From Verrucomicrobiota bacterium (GTDB lineage: Bacteria > Verrucomicrobiota > Verrucomicrobiia > Opitutales > Coraliomargaritaceae): 46,195 nt of DNA. Below the pieces are notes generated by a model that had not been told where the DNA came from, did not search any database, and worked only from the letters and a program-made list of their open reading frames with translations. The translations under genes and the position numbers were made by a program. This document shows, piece by piece, positions 1 to 9,662 of this stretch; positions within the stretch are counted from its first letter, which is position 1, and each line of letters opens with the position of its first letter. The stretch covers positions 1-46,195 of the forward strand of contig JBCDCC010000001.1 of the NCBI GenBank assembly GCA_039182435.1, read 5' to 3'.

Positions 1-45
1 GAGCGAGGAATTTCGGAAGATGTTTCCGGTATGCTTCGCGCCGAT

Positions 46-375
46 CTACGTGTCGGAGGCTCTGGGAATTTTATTACCGTCCAAATCACTACCCGAAAGG
101 GTTTCAACAAACTCCGCCGTGTTGATCACTGAATCGAGCTCGAATTCAGCGCTTTCTCCGCCTGTCGAAGTGACGAGCGGGTAGAAGCCATACTCAGACT
201 TAAAGGACTCGATCGCCGTAATGTATTGCGAGATCTGACTCTTCGAAGCCGCGATGTTCGCCTTCTCTTTCGCGCCGCCCACGGCGGGGATCAAAATTGC
301 AGCCAAGTTGCCGATGATCGCGATGACCGTGAGCAGTTCGATCAGTGTAAATCCACCAGATGTTCTTTTTTTCAT
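46..375 (-). CDS. prepilin-type N-terminal cleavage/methylation domain protein (small pseudopilin / type IV pilin-like)
   Basis: 109-aa ORF. The N-terminus MKKRTSG-GFTLIELLTVIAIIGNLAAIL is a class III (prepilin) signal: basic leader, G/F cleavage-methylation site, Glu at +5 and a hydrophobic helix. AGGAGA lies about 9 nt upstream of the ATG, inside the last codons of the upstream gene (5-nt gap), so the two are probably co-transcribed. Confidence 0.8.
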   Translation of the reverse strand: MKKRTSGGFTLIELLTVIAIIGNLAAILIPAVGGAKEKANIAASKSQISQYITAIESFKSEYGFYPLVTSTGGESAEFELDSVINTAEFVETLSGSDLDGNKIPRASDT

Positions 376-380
376 AATGC

Positions 381-1085
381 TTATTCTCCTACGTAAATAT
401 TATCGATATTGTTTGCTGCCTCCCGGAAGGAGTTATCCATTTCTCCGGTTGTCGTATTCAAACCTACGGTGTCATCGAGACCATCCGGTCCAAGCGAATA
501 GAGATGATAGCCAAATAGCTCCCAGTAGTCGCCTTCCGAGGTCTGACCATAGAGAAAGACATAAGGATTTCCCCAGGGATCGAGTAAGATATGATCGCTG
601 GGAGAGGATGCCGGATCGCCTAAATTCGGGTTATACTCCCCACCCTCGTAAGGATAAGCATCTGAACTCCCTTCCTCCGCGACATAGTTAAGCTTCGAGA
701 CTTCCAAGAAAGGCGTCGGCCCGGCAGGCGGCACATCGCTATTTTCAACTTCGATAAAGTCTGTAACGCCACCACTCCGCTCGAACTCGCGCCAACCAGC
801 CAGCGCATAAAAGAGCTCAACCCCATTATCGACGACATCTGAAGGATCGCCGGTCACCCATGGGTAGTCCCCATTCTTTAGCTTGTATTGCTCGATCGCT
901 TGGGCAATCAATACGAGCTCGCCTTTCGCTTTGGCCCGAGCTTGGGAGTTCTTGACGCCCGTGCCTATACCAAAAGCCAAGGCAGCGAGAATCGTGATGA
1001 CAGCGATCACCGCCAGGACCTCAATTAAAGTGAAGCCGCGACGTGAACGTAGTGATGTGGATGGAGAATTGTTTGAGGGTAACAT
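381..1085 (-). CDS. GspG-like pseudopilin (prepilin-type N-terminal methylation motif) with extended C-terminal domain
   Basis: 234-aa ORF. The leader MLPSNNSPSTSLRSRR is followed by GFTLIEVLAVIAVITILAALA. The next segment, AKGELVLIAQAIEQYKLKNGDYPW, resembles the GspG-type core. The C-terminal half is longer than in classical GspG. Confidence 0.75.
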   Translation of the reverse strand: MLPSNNSPSTSLRSRRGFTLIEVLAVIAVITILAALAFGIGTGVKNSQARAKAKGELVLIAQAIEQYKLKNGDYPWVTGDPSDVVDNGVELFYALAGWREFERSGGVTDFIEVENSDVPPAGPTPFLEVSKLNYVAEEGSSDAYPYEGGEYNPNLGDPASSPSDHILLDPWGNPYVFLYGQTSEGDYWELFGYHLYSLGPDGLDDTVGLNTTTGEMDNSFREAANNIDNIYVGE

Positions 1086-1217
1086 TCCGAATCGTAAGGA
1101 GATGTTTAAGTAGACTGGATTACAAACATACTGATATCGCCTGCGAAATAATCGCTGTCAACGCCAGAGGCAGGCTCTAGCGAATGCAGGCAGACTCATC
1201 TCAATAAATTCAGACCT

Positions 1218-2054
1218 TTAGACCGTGTAAGGCTTCTTAAAAATCGCGCCACTTCGGCGTCGCTCCGTGATATGCTCGATCTCTTCCTCGTTCATCGGCT
1301 CTGGGTGGCTCGTCTCAGGGTCGATCTTCCACTTCGCCGGCCGGAGATCATGGTCCACCGCCACGCGATAATCGAAAACAAAGCAATCGCCTTCCCAGAG
1401 ACTCTTATCCTTCGGCATCGTCTCCAGATACCTCAAGATCCCTCCCTTCAAATGATAGACATGCTCAAAACCTTTTTGCCGCAAGTAAGCAGTTGATCGC
1501 TCACAACGGATCCCACCAGTGCAATACATCGCAATTTTCTTATCCTTGTGCGCAGCCAACTCTTGATCGACGAATTTCGCAAAGCTCACAAAATCATCGG
1601 TTTTCGGATTTGTCGCTCCCTTAAACTGGCCGACCTTCACCTCGTAATCATTACGCGTATCAATTGTGATCACCTCCGGATCCGAGATCAGATCATTCCA
1701 TTCATCGGGTTCTAGATAGGTGCCCACCGTATCCCGAGGGTCCGCCCCCTCCTGGCGAAAGGTCACAATCTCTGGCTTCTTCTTCACCTTAAACTTCGGA
1801 AACGGGCAGAAATCTGCATACGAATACTTCACCTCCATGGATGCGAAACGCTCATCGCTCTTCAACATCGCAATCGTCGCATCAATCGCCTCCGGACTCC
1901 CCGCACAGGTCGAGTTCACCCCTTCCGGCGCAAAAATCAAAGTTCCGCGAAGCCGCGCCTCTAAGCCGTGATGGACCATACGCTGCGCCCATTCGTCACG
2001 ATCCGGCAGTTCAACGAAGTGATAAAAAGCAGCTATTTTCCAAGTTCCCGACAT
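1218..2054 (-). CDS. trhO: rhodanese-domain tRNA uridine(34) hydroxylase TrhO (UPF0176/YceA family)
   Basis: 278-aa ORF collinear with E. coli YceA as I recall it. It has the AAFYHF N-terminal domain and a rhodanese domain with active-site loop MYCTGGIRCE. Confidence 0.85.
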   Translation of the reverse strand: MSGTWKIAAFYHFVELPDRDEWAQRMVHHGLEARLRGTLIFAPEGVNSTCAGSPEAIDATIAMLKSDERFASMEVKYSYADFCPFPKFKVKKKPEIVTFRQEGADPRDTVGTYLEPDEWNDLISDPEVITIDTRNDYEVKVGQFKGATNPKTDDFVSFAKFVDQELAAHKDKKIAMYCTGGIRCERSTAYLRQKGFEHVYHLKGGILRYLETMPKDKSLWEGDCFVFDYRVAVDHDLRPAKWKIDPETSHPEPMNEEEIEHITERRRSGAIFKKPYTV

Positions 2055-2245
2055 GAATTAAGAAGAGTGTTTACAAAAGGAGTGCGCCACCGGGCAAGAA
2101 AGCAGATTTTTAAGCCTTGTCGGTCGCATCGATGACTGTCAAAGCCCTGCCCCTCGGCGCGAATAGGTAAACAGCATCAAGAGGACATACCGAAGCGGAG
2201 TTCAACCCAAAAACTCAGTAAGCCAACCATCGCCCAACTATCATT

Positions 2246-3793
2246 ATGGACACAAAATTTTCCGATCTCGGCCTTCGCAATGAACTTATCGAAGGCATCC
2301 GCAATTTAGGCTTCGAAAAGCCCTCACCGATTCAGGCGCAAACCATTCCCATCGCGCTCGAAGGCGCGGACATCGTCGGCCTCTCACAGACCGGCTCTGG
2401 CAAAACCGCCGCATTCGGTCTGCCCGCGCTCAATCGGGTCGACACCTCACTCGCGGCCACTCAGGTCCTCGTGCTCTGCCCCACACGCGAACTCGCAGTG
2501 CAGGTCTGCGAAGAGATCAACCGCCTCGCCAACTCGGTCAAAGGCCTGAGCGCCGTCCCCGTTTACGGAGGCGCACCCATCGATCGCCAGATTAAAGCCA
2601 TGAGAAAAGGGGCCCATATTATCGTCGGCACTCCCGGACGTGTCATGGACCACCTCAAGCGAAAGACCCTCCGCACCGACGCCATCCAGCTCTGTATCCT
2701 CGATGAAGCCGACCGCATGCTCGATATGGGCTTCCGCGAAGACATGGAGATCATCCTCGATGCGATGCCCGAGGACCGGCAGACGCTCTTCTTCTCCGCC
2801 ACCATGAATAAAGGCGTCGAGCGCCTCATCCAGGCTTTCAGCAACGATCCGGAAGAAATTTCCATCGAGCGCAAATCGCTCACCGTCGATACCATCGAGC
2901 AAACTTACTATGAAGTCCGCAACCGATCCAAGATCGAGGTGCTTTGCCGCCTCCTCGACCTCGAGATCAAGCCCAGAGGCATCGTCTTTTGTAATACCAA
3001 ACAGATGGTCGAAGACGCCAGCGAGGCACTCTGTGCGCGTGGCTACGTCGCCGACCGTATCCATGGCGACATCACCCAAGGCAATCGTGAACGCGTCATC
3101 AAACGCTTCCGCGAAGGCAGCGTCGAGCTCCTCGTCGCCACCGATGTCGCCGCCCGTGGCCTCGATATCGACGATGTCGATATGGTCTTTAACTATGACC
3201 TGCCCTACGACCCGGAAGACTATGTCCATCGCATCGGCCGGACCGGACGGGCCGGACGCTCTGGGAAATCAATCACCTTCGTCTACGGACGCGACATCTA
3301 CCGCCTCGAAGCCATCGAGCGCTACACACGTCAAGTCGTCCGCCGCATGAAGATCCCCTCACTCGAGGATGTCGAAGGTCGCCGCACCGATAAAATCTTC
3401 AATCAAGTCCGCACGCTCCTCGAAGCAGGCGATTACAAGCGCCACGACGCCCTCGTCGATCGCCTACTCGACGCCGGACATACCCCGACCGACATTGCCA
3501 GCGTGCTCTTTGACATGTTGCAAAAGGATGATAATCGCGAGCCAGAAGCCATTGCCGAAGACCGCGAAAAATTCGAAGAAAGCCCCAAGCGTAAGGCCGA
3601 CAAAAAAGGCTCCGGTGGCTATAAGAAGAAAAAATTCCGCCGCGGGCCCAACACCGGATTCGATAAGTTCGGCGACCGTGGCCCGAAAAGAGGCGGCTAT
3701 AAAAAGAAAAGAGCGCCCAAATCAGACGCGCCGGCCAAAAAGGCAGCCAAGCCCTTTAGCGAATCCAAGCGCCGCTTCAAACGCCCTGACTAG
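2246..3793 (+). CDS. deaD: DEAD-box ATP-dependent RNA helicase, DeaD/CsdA-like
   Basis: 515 aa with the full motif set: Q (GFEKPSPIQ), I (SQTGSGKT), Ia (PTRELA), II (DEAD), III (SAT) and VI ([10 protein letters not shown]). A C-terminal DeaD-type extension ends in a Lys/Arg/Gly-rich tail. Confidence 0.9.
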   Translation: MDTKFSDLGLRNELIEGIRNLGFEKPSPIQAQTIPIALEGADIVGLSQTGSGKTAAFGLPALNRVDTSLAATQVLVLCPTRELAVQVCEEINRLANSVKGLSAVPVYGGAPIDRQIKAMRKGAHIIVGTPGRVMDHLKRKTLRTDAIQLCILDEADRMLDMGFREDMEIILDAMPEDRQTLFFSATMNKGVERLIQAFSNDPEEISIERKSLTVDTIEQTYYEVRNRSKIEVLCRLLDLEIKPRGIVFCNTKQMVEDASEALCARGYVADRIHGDITQGNRERVIKRFREGSVELLVATDVAARGLDIDDVDMVFNYDLPYDPEDYVHRIGRTGRAGRSGKSITFVYGRDIYRLEAIERYTRQVVRRMKIPSLEDVEGRRTDKIFNQVRTLLEAGDYKRHDALVDRLLDAGHTPTDIASVLFDMLQKDDNREPEAIAEDREKFEESPKRKADKKGSGGYKKKKFRRGPNTGFDKFGDRGPKRGGYKKKRAPKSDAPAKKAAKPFSESKRRFKRPD

Positions 3794-3855
3794 GCACTCG
3801 GCAAAAAGGTTTGTCTGGCCTCTGCCAGTGAACCCATACAATCTTGTGATTTAGG

Positions 3856-5031
3856 ATGTCTGAATCAGATTCACCATTTCTCTCTCCGGTCCAGCGAAGG
3901 ATCGTCGCCGCCGGAGGCACCGCACTCGCCGCCATGGTGCTCTTGGCCGCCGCCTTCTTTCTGTTCAATATCCTCCGCCACTTCGTCACGAGCTTTCAGG
4001 ATGTCTTACTCCCACTCGCCATTGCTGCGATTCTCGCCACCCTCTTGCGCCCCATCATCACGTTCTTCGAAGTCCGCGCACGCTTAGGCCGGACCGCAGG
4101 GATCATCATTCTCTTTCTCCTCGTCGTCCTCTCGCTTGGCGTCTCCGCCGTCTTTGTCGTCCCCGCCCTGCTCGAGCAGATCACCGCCTTCATTAAAGAA
4201 GTCCCCACCATCAGGGAGAATGTCCTCGCATTCGCCCGCGATTCCTTTCCCAGCGTCTGGTCCTGGCTCCAGGAACAACTCGGCGAATCCCCAGAAGTCT
4301 ATCTTAAAGAGCTGATCGAGAGTAACTCCAGCACTCTCAAAGACGCCCTCACTCGGCTCCAATCCAGCCTCAGCTCCTTCACCGGGATCCTCGGCAGCAT
4401 CTTCGGAAAAGTCGCCGCCTATTCCGTCATCCCCATCTACCTCTTCTTCATTCTTAGTGGAGACCGCGACATCTGGAAAGACATAGAGAAGCAACTCAGC
4501 TTCCTCCCCGACAACCGTCGCGAAGACCTCGTCTTCCTCGCTCGGCAATTCAGCGATATCCTCGTCGCGTTCTTCCGCGGCCAGATTATCATCGGCCTGC
4601 TGTTAGGAATCGTGCTCGCGGTCGGCTTCACTCTCGTCGGCCTCAAATTCGGCGTCGTTCTCGGCCTCGCGCTCGGCCTCCTCAATATCATCCCCTACCT
4701 CGGCACAGTCATCGGTCTCGCCACCGTGCTCCCATTGGCCTACTTCCAGAATGAAGGAGGTCTTCCGCTTATCGGCTGGTGCCTCCTCGTCTTTGTGATC
4801 GGCCAGCTCCTTACCGATTATGTCTTCACCCCTCGCGTGATGGGGGACAAGACCGGCATGGGCCCCATGCTCATCATCTTCTCAATTTTCTTCTGGGGTG
4901 CCGCCCTCGGCGGCATTCTCGGCATGGTTCTAGCCATCCCGCTCACCGCCTTCTTCCTCGTCTTCTGGAGACTAGCTAGAGAAAAATACCTCCCCATCTG
5001 GACTGGCTCTCAAGCTACCGCCAACGAATAG
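3856..5031 (+). CDS. AI-2E family transporter (PerM/UPF0118-type permease)
   Basis: 391-aa multi-pass membrane protein. The C-terminal pattern LNIIPYLG ... [40 protein letters not shown] is typical of the AI-2E/PerM family. Confidence 0.8.
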   Translation: MSESDSPFLSPVQRRIVAAGGTALAAMVLLAAAFFLFNILRHFVTSFQDVLLPLAIAAILATLLRPIITFFEVRARLGRTAGIIILFLLVVLSLGVSAVFVVPALLEQITAFIKEVPTIRENVLAFARDSFPSVWSWLQEQLGESPEVYLKELIESNSSTLKDALTRLQSSLSSFTGILGSIFGKVAAYSVIPIYLFFILSGDRDIWKDIEKQLSFLPDNRREDLVFLARQFSDILVAFFRGQIIIGLLLGIVLAVGFTLVGLKFGVVLGLALGLLNIIPYLGTVIGLATVLPLAYFQNEGGLPLIGWCLLVFVIGQLLTDYVFTPRVMGDKTGMGPMLIIFSIFFWGAALGGILGMVLAIPLTAFFLVFWRLAREKYLPIWTGSQATANE

Positions 5032-5053
5032 GCGTCCTCCCCTGTAAAAACGT

Positions 5054-5812
5054 ATGACAGATTTGAATACAAGTTTCGCGCGCCCAGACGGTCGCGCCAT
5101 CGATCAATTAAGAGAAATTCAATTCGAGACCGGAATCGCTCCCCACGCACTCGGCTCCACCCTCGTCAGCTTCGGTGCCACGCGCGTGATCTGCGCCGCC
5201 TCTGTCGATGATCGCGTGCCAGGATGGATGCGCCAACAAGGCGTCGAGGGCGGCTGGATGACCGCCGAGTATTCCATGCTTCCCTACAGCACACTCGACC
5301 GTAAACAACGCGATATCAGCCGAGGCAAAGCCGACGGGCGCACCATCGAGATCCAACGTCTGATCGGGCGTTCCCTCCGCGCCGTCTTCGATCTAAAGAA
5401 ACTGATCGGCAAGACCATCTGGATCGATTGCGATGTCCTCCAAGCCGACGGCGGCACGCGAACCGCATCCATCACCGGCGCCTACGTCGCCGCTCAGATC
5501 GCGGTGCAAAAGCTTCTCGCTGCCGGCAAGCTCAAGGAAAACCCTTTTCAAGACGCCGTCGCCGCAGTCTCCGTCGGCGTCTTTGCCGACACTCCCGTGC
5601 TCGATCTAAATTATCTGGAAGATAAAGACGCCTCCGTCGACGCAAACATCGTGATGACCGGCACCGGTAAGTTTGTTGAAGTGCAAAGTTCGGGCGAAGA
5701 AGCGACCTTCAGTCGCCAAGAGTTAGACAGCCTCCTCGAACTCGGGGGGAAAGGCATTGCCGAGATCTGCCAGCTGCAAGAAGCGGCGATTCAAGACGCA
5801 CTCAGCGAGTAA
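5054..5812 (+). CDS. rph: ribonuclease PH
   Basis: 252 aa. It shows RPDGRAIDQLREI, the RNase PH core and the phosphate-binding GGTRTASITGA motif. Confidence 0.95.
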   Translation: MTDLNTSFARPDGRAIDQLREIQFETGIAPHALGSTLVSFGATRVICAASVDDRVPGWMRQQGVEGGWMTAEYSMLPYSTLDRKQRDISRGKADGRTIEIQRLIGRSLRAVFDLKKLIGKTIWIDCDVLQADGGTRTASITGAYVAAQIAVQKLLAAGKLKENPFQDAVAAVSVGVFADTPVLDLNYLEDKDASVDANIVMTGTGKFVEVQSSGEEATFSRQELDSLLELGGKGIAEICQLQEAAIQDALSE

Positions 5813-5917
5813 AGACGACGCTCAAAAGAGCGCTGCAACTTTTCGAATTGATCGGCGATTGCATCTGTGAACGCGCCAATTACCGGCCCAATAAAATCTC
5901 ACAGAAAGATCTCCATT

Positions 5918-6232
5918 ATGAATACGAAATTACTCCTGATCGCACCACTTACTGCACTCCTCTTTACCTCAACTACCTTCGCACAGCCTGACCAGGGCGG
6001 CGGCAAATGGAAAGAAGACCGCCGCGAAAAGATGAAGCAACGCCTCAAACAAATCGATGCTGATGGCGATAAAATCATCACCTTCCAGGAAGCCACCGCA
6101 GCCAATGCGGAGAAGCTACTTGAGCACTTCGACGAAATCGATGCAGACGGCGATGACGCTATCACTCGCGAAGAAATGAAAGCGCACCACCAAGCACGCC
6201 GTGCCGAGCGACGCGCCCAGTCCGAGGACTAA
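5918..6232 (+). CDS. secreted EF-hand pair calcium-binding protein
   Basis: I take the start at the internal ATG (5918), which gives a signal peptide MNTKLLLIAPLTALLFTSTTFAQ. There are two canonical 12-residue EF loops, DADGDKIITFQE and DADGDDAITREE. The track ORF begins at an upstream GTG (5867), which I consider less likely. Confidence 0.8.
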   Translation: MNTKLLLIAPLTALLFTSTTFAQPDQGGGKWKEDRREKMKQRLKQIDADGDKIITFQEATAANAEKLLEHFDEIDADGDDAITREEMKAHHQARRAERRAQSED

Positions 6233-6265
6233 TATAGATACTTTGTTATTAGTAGTCGTCTAAAA

Positions 6266-6298
6266 GCCCACTGGTCTCTGACTGGTGGGCTTTTTCTT
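6266..6298 (+). terminator. rho-independent terminator after the EF-hand gene
   Basis: GCCCACTGGT-ctctg-ACTGGTGGGC forms a 10-bp stem with two G-U pairs, followed directly by TTTTTCTTT. It lies 34 nt after the stop codon. Confidence 0.8.
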
Positions 6299-6420
6299 TG
6301 CCTTCAAGAAATTGGCCGATTCAATGCGCCAACTTTCGATTTTCGTTAAACGGGCGATGCCAGAGAGCGCACGCCGACCAAAGAAATCCACCACACGATC
6401 GCATCGCATAGAATTTTCCA

Positions 6421-8049
6421 ATGATAACCATCAATCAGGTCACTCACAACTTCGGCAAGAAGGTCCTCTACAATGCGATCAACTGCGTCATCGGCACGCA
6501 CGACCGCATCGCGCTCGTCGGCTCCAACGGCTCCGGAAAAACCACCCTCCTTCGCATGCTCATGGGCGAGGTCGAGCCAGACCAAGGTTCCTTCGACCGC
6601 TCCGAGTATGTCTCCATCGGCTACCTACCACAGGATGGTATTCACGTCTCAGGCAAGACACTCTATGCGGAAGCCGAGACTGCCTTCGGCGACGTCCTCG
6701 ATCTTCAGCAAAAGATCGAGAAAGCCGACGCCGATCTCCTCGATATGGACACCGAAGACCCTGCCTACTACGACCTGATCGACGCGATCGGCGAGTGGGA
6801 GCAACAGCTCGAAGACTACGAACCTCAAAAAATGAAGTCCCGCATCGAGCGCATCCTCCTCGGGATGGGCTTCAAAGAAAGCGATCTAGAGCGCGACACA
6901 GGAGAATTCTCCGGAGGCTGGCAGATGCGGATCGCCCTCGCCAAGCTGCTCCTGCAAAACCCTTCCCTCATCATTCTCGACGAACCGACCAATCACCTCG
7001 ATATCGTCTCGCAACACTGGGTCGAAAATTACCTCAAGCACTATCAAGGCGCCCTCATCCTGATCTCGCACGACCGTGCCTTCCTCGACGAAGTCACCAA
7101 CCGCACGCTCGAGCTCAAGCTCGGCGCACTCAACAGCTTCAAAGGCAATTACACCTATTACGTCAAAGAGACCGAGGCCCGCCTTGAGCAGCTCCGCAAG
7201 GCCTACAAAAACCAGCAGAAGGAAATTTCAGAGCTCAAGGATTGGATCAACCGATTCCGCTCCAACGTCAAAAAGGCGAGCATGGTCCAAAGCCGCATCA
7301 AACAGCTCGAGAAAATCGAGCTCATCAAGATTCCGCGCGATGAAAAGAAGATCTTCTTCCGTTTCCCCGAGCCGCCACCCGCCAGCGCCAAAGTCATCAC
7401 GGTCAAAGATCTTCACAAAGCCTACGGCGAACACGTCATTTTCAACGGCCTCGACCTACGCATCGATAAAGGCGACCGTATCGCCGTCGTCGGTGTGAAC
7501 GGCGCTGGTAAATCCACCCTTGCCCGCATCATGGCTGGCATCGAGCCTTACCAAGGCGGCGATGTAGAAAATGGCATTAACACCGTGATCGGCTACTTCG
7601 CCCAGTCACAAGCCGATGAGCTCAACCCCACCAATACCGTCCTCGAAGAAGTGGAGAAAGCCGCCGTCGGCAATGACCAGGCCAATCCACGTGGCGCTCT
7701 CGGCGCACTCCTCTTCTCTGGCGACGAAGCCCTCAAAAAGACCTCCGTCCTCTCAGGAGGGGAAAAGAACCGAGTCGCCCTAGCCAAGATGCTCATGAAG
7801 CCAGCCAACTGCATGATCCTTGACGAGCCGACCAATCACTTGGACATCAAATCCAAGGAAGTGCTTCAAGACGCCATCAACGCTTTCGACGGCACCGTCA
7901 TCCTCGTCAGCCACGACCGCGCCTTCCTCGATGGCGTCGTCAATAAAGTCCTCGAAGTCGCTCCGGGTAGCACCCGCATGCTCACCTGCAACGTCTCCGA
8001 ATACATCGAGCGCCTCGAAACGGAAACGGCCGAGAAGGACGGCGCTTAA
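6421..8049 (+). CDS. ABC-F family ATPase (tandem ABC domains, no membrane domain)
   Basis: 542 aa with two ATP-binding cassettes. The first has GSNGSGKTT / FSGGWQMR / LIILDEPTNHLD and the second GVNGAGKST / LSGGEKNR / CMILDEPTNHLD. A charged coiled-coil linker (QLRKAYKNQQKEISELKDWI) separates them. Confidence 0.9.
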   Translation: MITINQVTHNFGKKVLYNAINCVIGTHDRIALVGSNGSGKTTLLRMLMGEVEPDQGSFDRSEYVSIGYLPQDGIHVSGKTLYAEAETAFGDVLDLQQKIEKADADLLDMDTEDPAYYDLIDAIGEWEQQLEDYEPQKMKSRIERILLGMGFKESDLERDTGEFSGGWQMRIALAKLLLQNPSLIILDEPTNHLDIVSQHWVENYLKHYQGALILISHDRAFLDEVTNRTLELKLGALNSFKGNYTYYVKETEARLEQLRKAYKNQQKEISELKDWINRFRSNVKKASMVQSRIKQLEKIELIKIPRDEKKIFFRFPEPPPASAKVITVKDLHKAYGEHVIFNGLDLRIDKGDRIAVVGVNGAGKSTLARIMAGIEPYQGGDVENGINTVIGYFAQSQADELNPTNTVLEEVEKAAVGNDQANPRGALGALLFSGDEALKKTSVLSGGEKNRVALAKMLMKPANCMILDEPTNHLDIKSKEVLQDAINAFDGTVILVSHDRAFLDGVVNKVLEVAPGSTRMLTCNVSEYIERLETETAEKDGA

Positions 8050-8063
8050 GCCGACCATCTACC

Positions 8064-9320
8064 TTAGTGCGAGCAGACGCCGCAGCCCTCCACCCAGCGT
8101 GGCTCTGCCGTGCTGAACTCGATCAAAGCCTCAGAGGTATCTTCTGAAGCGACCGCTTCCTGCACTGTCACGACCAAGCTCGACGCCACCACTCCGGCCG
8201 TAGCCAGCCGATAGAACGCCTTACCTGCAGGCGGACTGGCATCCGTATACACAGCAACCTCTCCGTCTCCATCCACCGTGCCGGTCACCGAAGTCCAGGG
8301 CACCGTCAAATCCGTCGTCTGCTCAAGACTGTAACTCTGCCCCGTGCTCGTCGGCCAGGTAAAACTCACACCCGAAGGACTCAATACACTGTTCCCCAGT
8401 TCAAGCGGCAGAAATACCTCCCATCCGATATCACGCAGCGCCGCCCAATCCAGATCAGTCAACACCTTCAGCTCCGTAAACGACGAAACCGTGCAACTCG
8501 ATGGGTCCATCAAGGCAATCTGCTCCAAGGCATGCGCCGTCCCGAATGAGACCGAAGTCAAACTCAAGACATTGAGCGCATTCTCCGGATCGTAACCCAG
8601 TGGCAAAGTGCACACGCCATCGTCCTGCCAATGCCCTCGAAACGAGTCCACCGGGACACCACCTCCAAAGGCCGCCACACTAAAGGCTCCCTGAAAGAGA
8701 TTATTCGCATCGATCTGATCTTGCCAAGAACTTGAAGTGCCGACTCCCAGCACGTGCCCCATCTCATGCAGCGCGACCGAGACGAAGTCTGAGTTAGATC
8801 CTGTCGGACGACCGTCCAGCTCGAAGTGCCAACTGCGTCCGCTATCAAAACTGATCGAGCCGCCCCAGGGGCCGAAATCACTTGCTGTCGCAGCCAGCGC
8901 ACCCGCTTGTCCGCGTGAAGCCAGTAAATCGATCCATGCTGAAGTGCCGCTCGCCGCGTATCCTCCAGGGCCCGCTAGCCCTGCGGCACTACCCAAACTC
9001 CGCCCACCCACATAGATGACCAAGGTATCCTCCGGCACCACAAGGCCGGGGATCGATTGCGTCGCCCCCGTCCCGGGGTGCGTGAATCGCGCCGACCAGC
9101 TCGCACTCATCCCAAAACTATCCTGATCGATCGCCAGCAGATTGTCGTTAATCCGTGACTCAAAGTAATCGGCCACCGCACGCATTGCTTCTTTTGATCC
9201 CTCCTGATCAAAGAATCCATTAGTGTCGTATGTGTAATTAAGGTCGATCGTGATGCTGTGAAGCGCACCGGAGCATAGCAATCCAACGGAGAACAGGCCA
9301 CTTCGGAAAAGGAATTTCAT
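8064..9320 (-). CDS. secreted metzincin-like zinc metalloprotease with C-terminal beta-sandwich (FYRL-type) domain
   Basis: 418 aa with signal peptide MKFLFRSGLFSVGLLCSGALHS. The zinc motif HEMGHVLG occupies residues 185-192 (nt 8745-8768). A Met-turn-like ALMDP follows at 269-273. The C-terminal module SFTWPTSTGQSYSLEQTTDL..W......GDG......D......AFYRL follows, and the tail ends WVEGCGVCSH. Confidence 0.7.
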   Translation of the reverse strand: MKFLFRSGLFSVGLLCSGALHSITIDLNYTYDTNGFFDQEGSKEAMRAVADYFESRINDNLLAIDQDSFGMSASWSARFTHPGTGATQSIPGLVVPEDTLVIYVGGRSLGSAAGLAGPGGYAASGTSAWIDLLASRGQAGALAATASDFGPWGGSISFDSGRSWHFELDGRPTGSNSDFVSVALHEMGHVLGVGTSSSWQDQIDANNLFQGAFSVAAFGGGVPVDSFRGHWQDDGVCTLPLGYDPENALNVLSLTSVSFGTAHALEQIALMDPSSCTVSSFTELKVLTDLDWAALRDIGWEVFLPLELGNSVLSPSGVSFTWPTSTGQSYSLEQTTDLTVPWTSVTGTVDGDGEVAVYTDASPPAGKAFYRLATAGVVASSLVVTVQEAVASEDTSEALIEFSTAEPRWVEGCGVCSH

Positions 9321-9662
9321 AGCCTAGGAAATAAGATGAATAATCTTCGCTTTTCGAGTAAAGACCACTCCGAGCCTTCTCTTTTACATTCAATTTATTG
9401 AATCATAAAGTTAATTTTTGTATCCGTTTTATAAATACGTTTAAGAACAGCATATCTCCAACCACTTCCACTAACTGAGGAGACAAAAACCACTAATCGA
9501 AATAATCAATCCTTCCCGCTTCATTAGTGACTTCAACCGATTTATCATAGAGCATGGACCCCATACTTTCAATACGCTGATTATGGTTAATATTAGGTTA
9601 ATTTTCATGACGTTACATTTATCGATGGAAATGTTCAAAAAAATCTACAAAGCGTTTTTTCC
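9321..9662. other. AT-rich intergenic spacer (divergent promoter region?)
   Basis: My hand count gives 115 G+C in 342 nt, about 34%. A flanking coding line counted the same way gives about 57%. The spacer contains the 6-2-6 palindrome TTCAAT-TT-ATTGAA at 9389-9402. Confidence 0.7.

Noticed and set aside
9471-9608. A 45-codon hydrophobic ORF on the minus strand inside the AT-rich spacer (MKINLILTIISVLKVWGPCSMINRLKSLMKREGLIISISGFCLLS). It is superficially like a type I toxin peptide.
   Set aside because: I see no Shine-Dalgarno sequence, no antisense RNA evidence and no homology I can recognise. My rough estimate is that a stop-free run of this length can occur by chance somewhere in six frames of a 342-nt spacer. 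It is worth a glance in RNA-seq or Ribo-seq data but is not supportable from sequence.
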